DNA of 40,820 bases from a bacterium (GTDB taxonomy: Bacteria; JADJOY01), in the NCBI GenBank assembly GCA_046331705.1, contig JAXLQJ010000063.1:1-40820 (forward strand), written 5' to 3'. This document shows positions 9,596 to 19,200 of the stretch, piece by piece. The position numbers were made by a program, and so were the translations under genes. The notes beneath the pieces were generated by a model that saw nothing but the letters and a program-made list of their open reading frames with translations, did not search any database and was not told the DNA's origin. Position 1 is the first letter of the stretch. The number at the start of each line of letters is the position of its first letter.

Positions 9596-11128
9596 TCAGA
9601 TGGCGCGCGCGCGTCCCTGCCAGTAGCGCTCGCGCAGCGCGCGGACGTAGAGCTTGCCGTTGGGCAGGCGGGGCAGGGCGCGTTCGAAGTCGATCGAGCG
9701 CGGCACCTTGTAGCGGGCGAGGCGCGTCGCGACGAGGTCGAGCAGCTCGGCCTCGAGCGCCGCTGAGGCGCTGAAGCCTTCGGCGAGCTCCACGGCCGCC
9801 TTCACGGATTCACCCCATTCGTCGTCGGGAATGCCGAAGACCGCCACATCGGCTACCGCCGGATGCTCGACGAGCACGCCCTCGATCTCGGCGGGATAGA
9901 TGTTCACGCCGCCCGAGATGATGAGGTGGGTCGTGCGATCCGTGAGAAAGACGTAACCCTCGCCGTCGACGTAGCCGAGATCGCCGGTGGTGAAGACGTG
10001 CGGCTCGGGGTGGGTGGCCGCGGTCTTGGCCGGATCCCCGTGGTACTCGAAGACCTGCGCCAGGGTCTTGTGGCGCGAGCGAAGCAGGCCGACCTCGCCG
10101 GCGGGGAGGCGTCGGCCTTGCTCGTCGGCGGCGTAGACCTCGAACGAGGCGATGGGCCGTCCGACCGTGCCGGGACGCGCGAGCCATTCGGCGGCGCTGG
10201 CGATCGTCGCGACGCCACCCTCGGTCGCGCCCCAGTACTCGACCAGCACCGGCCCCCACCACGCGATCATCTGGCGCTTGATCTCGGCAGAGACGGGGGC
10301 CGCGCCGTGGAGCACGAGCGTCAGCGTTCGGCCGTCGAATCCCGCGCGCAGCTCCGGCGCGAGCTTGAGGAGGCGCACGAACATCGTCGGCACCAGGTGG
10401 GTGTGACGGATCGCGTGCCCGTCGATGAGCGCGAGGCAGCGCGCCGCGTCCCAGCGATCCATGAGCACGAGCGACGCGCCGTTGAGCAGGTCGTAGATCG
10501 CGAGCAGGCTCGGGGCCGCGTGATAGAGGGGCCCTGTCACCAGGTGCGGCCCGCGGCCGTCGAGCCCGTAGGAGCGGCCCGCGTCGCGCATTCGCGCCAG
10601 CGCGGCGCCGAGCGTGGCCGCGCGGGCGCGCTTGACGCCCTTCGGCTTCCCGGTGGTGCCGCTGGTGTAGATCATCGTGCCGCCTGCGGGCCCGTCCGGG
10701 GAAAGCGGCGCGTCGGGGACTCGCTCGAGCAGGCGGTCGAGCTCCGCGCCGACCTCGATCCGGCGCTCGGCCTCCACGCGTGCGGCGACGGCTGCGTTCG
10801 CGGCATCGGTGAAGAGGATGCGCGTGCCGGCGTCGCGAACGATGTAGGCGATCTCGTCGGCGGTGAGGTGCCAGTTGAGCGGCGTCAGCCAGACTCCCGC
10901 GGCGAGCGACGCGAGGATCAGCTCGACGCCCTCGACGCGATTGCCCACGAGGCTCGCGACGTGATCGTCCGGGCCGAGACCGAGATCGTCGCGAAGCCAG
11001 CGCGCGAGCCGCGACACGCGCGCTTCGAGCTCGTCCCAGCTTCGTCGGCGCGTGCCATCGTCGAGCGCCGCGGCGGTCCGAGGGCCAGCGGCGGCGCTCG
11101 TGAGCAGGGGCGAGGCGGCGGACGTCAT
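9596..11128 (-). CDS. acyl-CoA synthetase (AMP-binding family)
   Basis: 'YTSGTTGKPKG', 'EYWGATEG', 'FTTGDLG', 'IISGGVNIYPAEIE', 'LPRLPNGKL'. Start placed at ATG 11128 (MTSAAS); the upstream ORF extension is spurious. Confidence 0.92.
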   Translation of the reverse strand: MTSAASPLLTSAAAGPRTAAALDDGTRRRSWDELEARVSRLARWLRDDLGLGPDDHVASLVGNRVEGVELILASLAAGVWLTPLNWHLTADEIAYIVRDAGTRILFTDAANAAVAARVEAERRIEVGAELDRLLERVPDAPLSPDGPAGGTMIYTSGTTGKPKGVKRARAATLGAALARMRDAGRSYGLDGRGPHLVTGPLYHAAPSLLAIYDLLNGASLVLMDRWDAARCLALIDGHAIRHTHLVPTMFVRLLKLAPELRAGFDGRTLTLVLHGAAPVSAEIKRQMIAWWGPVLVEYWGATEGGVATIASAAEWLARPGTVGRPIASFEVYAADEQGRRLPAGEVGLLRSRHKTLAQVFEYHGDPAKTAATHPEPHVFTTGDLGYVDGEGYVFLTDRTTHLIISGGVNIYPAEIEGVLVEHPAVADVAVFGIPDDEWGESVKAAVELAEGFSASAALEAELLDLVATRLARYKVPRSIDFERALPRLPNGKLYVRALRERYWQGRARAI

Positions 11129-11386
11129 CGGTGGGGACCGAGAGGGGCGGGCCGGGACCATGCCGCACCGATGCGGCGCACGCAACCGTCGCCGGTCGAG
11201 ATCTCGTGCTAAGTAGCCGTCGGTGCCTGGGGTGCCGCGCGCGCTCGGTGGCGCGGTGCCGCTCGGCGCCCGGTCGGACGGGCTGCTTCCCGCCGTCTCG
11301 GGACCGCTCGCGGCCCGAGCGCCTGGTCCGCCGCGCCATCGCGCTCGCGTTGGCGAGCGATGATGCAGACCGAGGAGGATCGATCG

Positions 11387-11941
11387 ATGCGACTTCAGGT
11401 GGGCATGCGAGCTCCGATCTTCGACGCCGCGAGCTGGGACGGCACCACGATCCGCCTCGCCGACTTCGAGGGGCGCAAGCTCTGGCTCGCGTTCTTCCGC
11501 TACGCATCGTGTCCGCTCTGCAACCTGCGGGTGCGCGATCTGATTCAGCGCTATCCCGACCTCGCATCGCGCGGTCTCGCGATCGCCGCCGTCTTCCAAT
11601 CGCCCGCGGCGAGCATCGCCGAGTACGTGGGACGCCAGCGGCCGCCGTTCCCGCTCCTCGCGGACCCCGGCGAGGGGCTCTATCGCCTCTACGGGCTCGA
11701 GGCGAGCGTCGCGGCGTTCGCGAGCCCGAGGAACTATTCTCGCGCGGTGCGCGCGACGCTGGCGGGCTTCGCTCCCGGACGGATGGAAGGAACGCGGACC
11801 CGCATCCCCGGAGACTTCCTGATCGACGAAGGCGGCGTGATCCGCGATCTCTTCTACGGCGAGGTCATCGCCGACCACATTCCCTTCGAGCGGGTCGAGG
11901 CGTTTCTGGGCTCGCCCGCGCAACGACGAGGAGCGGCCTGA
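11387..11941 (+). CDS. peroxiredoxin-like AhpC/TSA family protein (CxxC)
   Basis: GAGGAGG RBS before ATG 11387; 'VGMRAPIF', 'FFRYASCPLC', 'LLADP', 'PGDFLID'. Confidence 0.85.
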   Translation: MRLQVGMRAPIFDAASWDGTTIRLADFEGRKLWLAFFRYASCPLCNLRVRDLIQRYPDLASRGLAIAAVFQSPAASIAEYVGRQRPPFPLLADPGEGLYRLYGLEASVAAFASPRNYSRAVRATLAGFAPGRMEGTRTRIPGDFLIDEGGVIRDLFYGEVIADHIPFERVEAFLGSPAQRRGAA

Positions 11942-12993
11942 TGCGCGTCGAGCTCTCGCTCCTCGGCCATTCGTTCCAGGACAACCCGAGCTGGCCTGGT
12001 TACCAAGGCATCGCCGCGAATGCGCGGGCGATCGAGGCGCTCGGCTTCGACGGCGTGCTGGTGCCGGAGGCGGGCCACGATCCGTTCCTGCCGCTGCTCA
12101 TCGCTGCGGGAGCGACCGAGCGGCTGCGGTTGCGCACCGGCGTGGCGATCGCGTTCCCGCGCAGCCCCGGCGCCATGGCGCAGACGGCGTGGGACCTGGC
12201 GCGGTTCTCGAACGGGCGCTTCGAGCTCGGGCTCGGGACGCAGGTGAAGGCGCACAACGAGCGCCGCTACGGCGCGCCGTGGACGGCACCTCCCGTGCCC
12301 CGTCTTCGCGAGTACCTCGCGTGCCTCCGCGCCATCTTCGCGACCTTTCAGAACCCCGCGCAGCCGACTTGGTTTCGGGGCGAGCACTACCGCTTCGACC
12401 TGATGTCGCCTTACTTCAACCCGGGCCCGAATGCCGAGCCGCACGTGCCGATCTACGTGGCGGTGGTGAACGAAGCGATGGCGCGGCTCGCCGGGGAGCT
12501 TGCCGACGGCTTCTACCCGCACCCGATGTGCAGCGCGAGCTACGTGCGCGAGGTCATGCGGCCACAGGTTGCGGAGGGGGCGCGCAAGGCAGGCCGCGAC
12601 CCCGCCTCCCTCTTGGTGCTGGGCTCGCCGATGATCGTCAGCGGTGCCACGCCCGCCGAGCTCGCGAAGAACGCCACGCTGGTGAAACAGCGGCTGGGCT
12701 TCTATGCCTCCACGCCGAGCTATCGGCCGGTGTTCGAGCATCACGGGCTCGGAGACCTCGCCAGCGAGCTCTTCCGGCTCTCGAAGCAAGGCCAATGGCG
12801 GGAGATGGTGGCGCTCGTCAGCGACGACGTGCTCGGCCTGTTCGCGACCGTCGCGACCTACGACGAGCTGGGGCGCGCGCTCGCCGAACGCTGGGGCGGG
12901 GTGCTCACCACGGTGCACCTCGACCTGGTGGCCGAGCTCGACCGCCACGCGAGCATGTTGCGCGAGCTCGCAGCGACGCTGAAGGCCGTCTGA
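11941..12993 (+). CDS. luciferase-like monooxygenase family oxidoreductase, probably F420-dependent (TIGR03617-like)
   Basis: TGATG overlap with the upstream gene; 'EAGHDPFL', 'VAIAFPRSP', 'GRFELGLGTQVKAHNERRYG', 'FYASTPSY'. Confidence 0.88.
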   Translation: MRVELSLLGHSFQDNPSWPGYQGIAANARAIEALGFDGVLVPEAGHDPFLPLLIAAGATERLRLRTGVAIAFPRSPGAMAQTAWDLARFSNGRFELGLGTQVKAHNERRYGAPWTAPPVPRLREYLACLRAIFATFQNPAQPTWFRGEHYRFDLMSPYFNPGPNAEPHVPIYVAVVNEAMARLAGELADGFYPHPMCSASYVREVMRPQVAEGARKAGRDPASLLVLGSPMIVSGATPAELAKNATLVKQRLGFYASTPSYRPVFEHHGLGDLASELFRLSKQGQWREMVALVSDDVLGLFATVATYDELGRALAERWGGVLTTVHLDLVAELDRHASMLRELAATLKAV

Positions 12994-13026
12994 TCGAGGC
13001 GGAGCCGCGCCGAGCCGCGTTGCAGG

Positions 13027-14052
13027 CTACTTGTACGCGATTCCGGCGCTACAGGGGCCGACGAGGTGCACGACCTCGACCCGCCGGAAGCCGGCCTCCG
13101 TGCACCAACCGCGGAAATCGGCGCCCGTGAAGTCGAAGGCATCTCCGAACTCGATGAGCATGTTGAGGCTCATCATCAATCCGAACGCGTTCTCCCGGCG
13201 CGCGTCGTCGATCAGGTTCTCGACGACGATGTAGGCGCCGTTCTCGGGAAGCGCGTCGTAGGCCGCGCGGATGAGGTGCCGCTTCTTCTCCAGGTTCCAG
13301 TCGTGGAGGATCATGCCCATCGTGATGACGTCGGCCTTGGGCAGCGGATCGACGAAGAAGTCGCCGGAATGGACGGTGATGCGCTCGCGGAGACCGTCGT
13401 GCTCGATCCACTTGCGCGCGATCGGCGCCACCGCCGGTAGGTCGAAGGTGGCGCAGCGCAAGTGCGGATGGCGCGCGGCGACGATGCGCGAGAGCAGCCC
13501 GGTCGCCCCGCCCACGTCGCACAGCGTCTTGTAACGCGTGAAGTCGAACTTCTCCGCCAGCACCGCGAAGTTGCCGCGGGAGATGCCCGTCATGGCGCCC
13601 ATGAACTGCTCGAGCCGCTCGACGTCCGCGTAGAGCTCCTCGAACATGGGCTTCTGGCTGTGCTTGGCCTCGTTCTGGGGCTGGCCGGTCTTGAGCGCCG
13701 GCCCGAGATCGCTCCAGAAGCGGAAGAGTCGCGCGCTCGCCATCTCGAGGATGCCGCCGACGTAGCCCGCCTTGCGCCGATCGAGGAAGTGCGCCGCCTC
13801 GGCGCCGTTGCGATATCGCCCGGCGGGTCCATCGCCGTCGCGCTCCAGGAAGCGCAGCGCGACGAGGGTGTCCAGGAAATCGTAGATCCCGCGAGGATGA
13901 AGCCCGAGCTCGCGTCCGAGCTCTGCGCCGGTGAGCTCGCGTTCGGAGAGCACCGTGAAGACGCCGAGCTCGACGGCGGTGAGCAATACCTTCGAGGCCC
14001 AGAAGCCGAAGCCGACCTCCAGGATGCGGGATGGGTCCTGCGGATTGGCCAT
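13027..14052 (-). CDS. O-methyltransferase (dimerisation domain plus Methyltransf_2)
   Basis: AGGAG RBS before ATG 14052; 'GFWASKVLLTAVELG', 'LCDVGGATG', 'FDLP', 'GDFF', 'ILHDW'. Confidence 0.9.
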   Translation of the reverse strand: MANPQDPSRILEVGFGFWASKVLLTAVELGVFTVLSERELTGAELGRELGLHPRGIYDFLDTLVALRFLERDGDGPAGRYRNGAEAAHFLDRRKAGYVGGILEMASARLFRFWSDLGPALKTGQPQNEAKHSQKPMFEELYADVERLEQFMGAMTGISRGNFAVLAEKFDFTRYKTLCDVGGATGLLSRIVAARHPHLRCATFDLPAVAPIARKWIEHDGLRERITVHSGDFFVDPLPKADVITMGMILHDWNLEKKRHLIRAAYDALPENGAYIVVENLIDDARRENAFGLMMSLNMLIEFGDAFDFTGADFRGWCTEAGFRRVEVVHLVGPCSAGIAYK

Positions 14053-14141
14053 GGCGATCTCCTGCGAAGAAGGAGCGACGAACGCAAATCGCGCCGACGC
14101 TATCCGAGGGCCGCGTGGCTCGGCAAAGGGAGTGACATTCG

Positions 14142-14381
14142 GGTCGTGGTTCACGTTCGTGCGGAGCCCATTCGAGGCGTGAGGGGCTGGGGACACGTCG
14201 AAGGGCGCTCCGCGGCTGCGCACCCCGTTCGGGCTCGTGGGGAGTGAGCCCCGATCGCGCGGCCGCGGCGCAGGCGAGCCTCCGTCTCCACGGGGTCGCT
14301 CTGGGGTGAGCCGTGCCCGCCGACGGATCCCCGGACCCTCGCGACTCGACCGATGCATTCCGGTCAACGTGAACCACGACC
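14142..14381. mobile_element. 240-bp segment bounded by perfect 16-bp inverted repeats (MITE-like or invertible element)
   Basis: GGTCGTGGTTCACGTT at 14142-14157 and its exact reverse complement AACGTGAACCACGACC at 14366-14381, plus outer GTGAC (14132-14136) and GTCAC (14389-14393). The segment is intergenic. The repeat itself is certain; its mobility is inferred. Confidence 0.5.
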
Positions 14382-14515
14382 GACGTTCGTCACGAGCTCG
14401 GGCGTCGCCGCGGGCGCACGGCGGCCACCGAGGCGGCCGCTGCGAACGCTTGCCGCCGACGCCCAAGATTGAGAGAGTCGGGGCTTCGCGCCCTCGTCGT
14501 CCGGAGACCTCCGCC

Positions 14516-16219
14516 ATGATCCTTCTCGATCCCCGCGCAGCGCCGCCCTCGCACCTCGATCCGCGCACGCAGGAGGTGCTTCGCAAGACCATCGAGTTCT
14601 TCGAGACCAAGGGGAAGGCACGCATCAAGAGCGACTACTACGCGCTCGGCTGGTACCAGGATTTCCTGGATTTCGTCGGACGCGAGCGGATCTTCGCGAC
14701 CATCTGCACGCCGAGCGGCGAGGGGGCCGCGGGCTCCCGCTGGGACACGTCGCGGATCTGCCGCTTCGCCGAGATCCTCGGCTTCTACGGGCTCCAGTAC
14801 TGGTACACGTGGCAGGTCTCGGTGCTGGGCCTCGGCCCGATCTGGATGAGCGGCAACGCCGCGCTCAAGCGCAAGGCCGCCGCGGCGCTCGAGGCCGGCG
14901 GGATCTTCGCGTTCGGGCTCTCGGAGCGCGCGCACGGCGCCGACATCTATTCCACCGAGATGCGCCTCACGCCGCAGCCCGGTGGCGGCTATCTCGCGAA
15001 CGGCGGCAAGTACTACATCGGCAACGGCAACGCCGCCGCGATGGTTTCCACGTTCGGCAAGGTGACGGGCGCCGACGGCAAGGACGAGTACGTCTTCTTC
15101 GCCGCGGACCCGCGCCACGAGCGCTACCACCTGATCCAGAACGTGTGCGCGAGCCAGAACTACGTGTCGCAGTACGAGCTTCGTGATTACCCGATCGGCG
15201 AGGGGGACATCCTGTCGCGTGGCGCGGCGGCATGGGACGCGGCGCTCAACACCGTCAACATCGGCAAATACAACCTCGGCTGGGCCTCGATCGGGATCTG
15301 CACCCACGCTCTCTACGAGGCCGTCCACCACGCGGCGCACCGCCGCCTCTACGGCATGAGCGTCACCGACTTCAGCCACGTGAAGCGGCTCTTCACCGAC
15401 GCCTACGCCCGGCTCGTCGCCATGAAGCTCTTCGCGCTGCGGGCCTCGGACTACATGCGCTCGGCCTCGCCGGAGGATCGGCGCTACCTGCTCTACAACC
15501 CGATGGCGAAGATGAAGGTGACGACGCAGGGCGAGGACGTGATCAATCTGCTGTGGGACGTGATCGCGGCCAAGGGATTCGAGAAGGACATGTACTTCTC
15601 GCAGGCCGCCGTCGACATCCGCGGCTTGCCCAAGCTCGAGGGCACGGTTCACGTCAACATCGCGCTGATCGTGAAGTTCATGCCCAGCTACTTCTTCGGC
15701 GCCGCGGATCTGCCGGCGATCCCGCGCCGCGAGGACCCCACCAACGACGACTTCCTCTTCCGACAGGGCTCGGCGAAGGGGCTCGGCAAGATCCAATTCC
15801 ACGACTACCAGCTCGCGTACCGCTCTCGCGAGACGCCGAATCTCGCGATCTTTCGCGACCAGATCGAGGCCTTCAAGACCATGCTCGCCACGGCCCCGCC
15901 TGCCGGTGAGCAGCTCAAGGACATCGACTTCCTCCTCGCCGGCGGCGAGCTCTTCGCGCTGGTCGTCTATGGCCAGCTGATCCTCGAGGCGGCGCCGCTT
16001 CACGGCATCGACGACGATCACCTGGACCAGATCTTCGATTTCCTGGTGCGCGATTTCTCGCACCATGCGCTGAGCCTGAGCGAGAAGGCCGCGGCGACCG
16101 CGGAGCAGGCGAGCGCGGCGGTGGGGATGATCCGCCGGCCCGCCCACGACGAAGCCCGCTACCAGCGCATGTGGACGCTCGTCCACGGTCTCGCGGACGC
16201 CTACGAGATGAGTCCCTGA
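14516..16219 (+). CDS. acyl-CoA dehydrogenase
   Basis: GGAG RBS; 'FAFGLSERAHGAD', 'NGGKYYIGNG', 'IAAKGF', and catalytic-Glu region 'LPKLEGT'. Confidence 0.92.
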   Translation: MILLDPRAAPPSHLDPRTQEVLRKTIEFFETKGKARIKSDYYALGWYQDFLDFVGRERIFATICTPSGEGAAGSRWDTSRICRFAEILGFYGLQYWYTWQVSVLGLGPIWMSGNAALKRKAAAALEAGGIFAFGLSERAHGADIYSTEMRLTPQPGGGYLANGGKYYIGNGNAAAMVSTFGKVTGADGKDEYVFFAADPRHERYHLIQNVCASQNYVSQYELRDYPIGEGDILSRGAAAWDAALNTVNIGKYNLGWASIGICTHALYEAVHHAAHRRLYGMSVTDFSHVKRLFTDAYARLVAMKLFALRASDYMRSASPEDRRYLLYNPMAKMKVTTQGEDVINLLWDVIAAKGFEKDMYFSQAAVDIRGLPKLEGTVHVNIALIVKFMPSYFFGAADLPAIPRREDPTNDDFLFRQGSAKGLGKIQFHDYQLAYRSRETPNLAIFRDQIEAFKTMLATAPPAGEQLKDIDFLLAGGELFALVVYGQLILEAAPLHGIDDDHLDQIFDFLVRDFSHHALSLSEKAAATAEQASAAVGMIRRPAHDEARYQRMWTLVHGLADAYEMSP

Positions 16220-16265
16220 GCGGCCGTCGAGCTCGTCTCGACCTCGCCCCGAGCGCGGCGAGCGT

Positions 16266-19200
16266 TCATCTCGGAAAGGGCTGGCCGAAGTACGCGAAGA
16301 CGCGGGCGAGGCTCGGGAAGAACGACATCAGCACCGTGATCGCAGGCAGCAGTCCGTAGGTCGCCATCCGCACGAGAAAATCCGCGGTGAGCTTGTTCGC
16401 GTCGGTCCCCGTGATGCGGCTCATGAGCGGATCGCGATCGACCTGAGCGAGCACCGTCGCGAGGAACGCGGCGAAGGTCGCGGACAGCACCACGATCGCG
16501 ACGCGGATCGTCCCCACGCCGGCGAAGGCGTAGACGCTGAGCGCCACGACGATGGCGACGAAGGCCGCCACCGCGTACTCGATCTGGAGGCGGACGTGCC
16601 CGAGGTAGTAACGCACGAAGCGCAGCCAGCGGGTCGCGACGAGCTGCTCGGCGAGGTCGACGAGCTGCGCCACCACGGCACCGCTCGTCGGATCCGGTGC
16701 CGCGGCGCTGGTGCCATCGGCCGCCGCGGCCGGCGCTGGAACCCGCCCCGTGCACCACGGCTCGCTCAGCACGTCGTCGATGAGCGCTTGCGTCTCGCGG
16801 CCGAGGATCGCCTCGTAGGTGCGGCGGGCACGAGGAGCCTCGGCGCGAAACCAGGCTCGGCGCTCGTCGGCGATCGTGGAATCCTCGGCGGCGGCGAGAT
16901 TCTCGAGCGCTTCGAAGGCCGTCGCGACGGCCGCGCGCCGTTCGGCGCCGAGCGCGGCGCGGCGCGAACCGAGCTCGTGAATTCGCACCAGGAGCTCGAG
17001 CGCGCGCCTCTCGGTAACGAGCGTCGCGCGTGACTTGCCGGATCCCCACAGTGGCGCGCCGCGGACATCCGGGTCCAGCCGATTGAACGCTCCTCGCACG
17101 GGGTGCGACTCGAGCCGGATGAGCCAGGAGCGCAGGAATTGCCAGGTGCGCCAGGCCCGCAGCGCGGCGCCGATCCCGAACACCGCGATCAGCGCGAACA
17201 TGGCGACGATCAGGTAGTCGAATCCCCAGCCCTCGAGCGAGGTGAGGGGGATCGCGAGGCTGCCGCCGACCGTCAACGCGAGCATGCCGCCGATGACGAT
17301 CCAGGTGTCGCGCCACTCGAGAAGCGGGTGCGCGACACAGCTCGCGAGCCGGCGAACGCGCAGGTCCTCGCGCGTGGCGTCGCCGAGCGTGGTCGCGCTC
17401 GCCGGGCGCAACGCGTGGGTGAAGCCGTCGTTCTTCCACGGCAGCTCCGCCCTGCGGCAGGCCACCAGGAGGATGCGCCGGCCGTTCGCCCACGCCCATC
17501 CGTAGATGGGGATGCACAGCACGCCGATCACGAGCACGGGCGAGACGCCGCTCTCGACGTGAATCGACCGCAGCACCAGGAAGTCATGGCGCCATGCGCC
17601 CGCTGGATGCGCGAGGATGGCTCGCCATCCGAATGCCAGCACCCCGAAGCAGAGCCAGGCGGTGAAGCACAGAAAGCCGATCGCCCGGCGTTCGGAGGTC
17701 ACGAACTCGTTGGATCGCGTCTCGCCCTCTCCCTTGCGCAGGCCGTGAAGCGCGATCCACGTGGCGCGGCCCGCCGCCATCAGCGTGAGCGCGAGCGCCG
17801 TCACGCACAGCACCCAGAGCAGCTCTTCCCGCGAGCCGAGGTCGACGTGTCCGTTCGGTGCGCGCAACGTGCTGCTGAGCGCGAGCGGCGCAATGCACGA
17901 CAGCAACCCGGCGAGCGACAGGCAGCCGAGGGCCTGGTAACAGGCGAGGGCGCGATACGCGGGGACCGAGACGGCGTCGATCTCGGCGTCCGCGTCACTT
18001 GCCGTCGTCGGCAACAGCCAGTTGACGTTGAGCGGCTGCAGCAAGCCCACGAGCCAGCCGATCCAGGCGTCCCCATTGTGGCGCCGAAACCAGGAATGAC
18101 GGACGGATCCCGTGACGCCGAGCAACAGCGCGAACGCCGAGACGAGCATCGCGAGGAACCAGAACGCCATCGGGAGCGGCGTGATGACGCGGGCGGGACG
18201 GCCCAGGTCCTTCTTCGCCTCGACGTGGGTTCGTGGCGTCATCGCCACGTCCGCGAACGCCCGGGTCTCGTTCAGCAGCGCAACGGGCCAATAGCTGCCG
18301 CGGCTCAACACGCTGAGCCAGAGCGGCGTGTCCTGCCCAGTCCAGCTCCCCCACGGCGTGTGATAGGTGATCGCGGTGGGAGGATTGTCGGCGGTCATCA
18401 GCGCCATGGCGTACTCGACACCCTCGTAGACGGTGTAGGCACCCGAGCTCGCCAGATAGCGCGGCCAGGGTGTTCGCGTGTCCTGCTCCTCCTCGGCTGG
18501 CGCGTCCACGAGCGGGTGGGTGTTGATCGTCAGGGTCCCGCCGAGCGTCGCGATGTTCGACCAGCGGGTCCAGATCGTATCGGCATTGAACGTGATGGGG
18601 CGTGCATCCGGGGCATCGGATCGGATCACGCGGGCAGCGAATAGCAGGTCCATCTCGTTGGTGCCGGCGAGGACGAATGCCCTGAGCCGGTGCTGGCGGA
18701 TGGACTTGCCCAGGCCACCGAGCAGCCCGGCGTAGGACTCGGCGGCGTGGCTCGAGATCACGGGCACGCCCTGCGAGACCAGGTGGCGCTCGCGCATGTC
18801 GAAGCCGACCCCTTGGGAGAGCGAGAAACGCGCGTCCGTTGACAGGTTGTCGAGGTTCCCGCGCGATGCGTCGCTGGCCTGCCGCAGGACGCTCAGATCG
18901 CGCGGGAACTGGAAGGTCGTCGCCGGCCACCGCCTGTCGCCGTCGCGACTCTGAAGAAGCTGCGCGGAGCCGTAAACCGTGTCGGTCTCTTGAATGAGCG
19001 CGGCGGGAAAATCCTCCTCCTGAGTCCACGGCGCGAGGGTGGTCCGCAGGAACCCGCGCAGCGCCTCCGTTTGGTCGCGGAAGGTCGGTGTGACGCGCTG
19101 GTAGCGATGGGAATCCTTTTCCCAGGCGATCGGCGCGGTCGCGGTGGCCGTGGTCGACACCACTCGGATGTCCGAGACGGACCCATTGGGCGCGCCAACG

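Noticed and set aside
11129-11923. Apparent 775-aa acyl-CoA synthetase fusion and 620-aa LLM extension
   Set aside because: The extensions overlap the peroxiredoxin-like gene or intergenic DNA and have no domain character. Better starts exist at 11128 and 11941.
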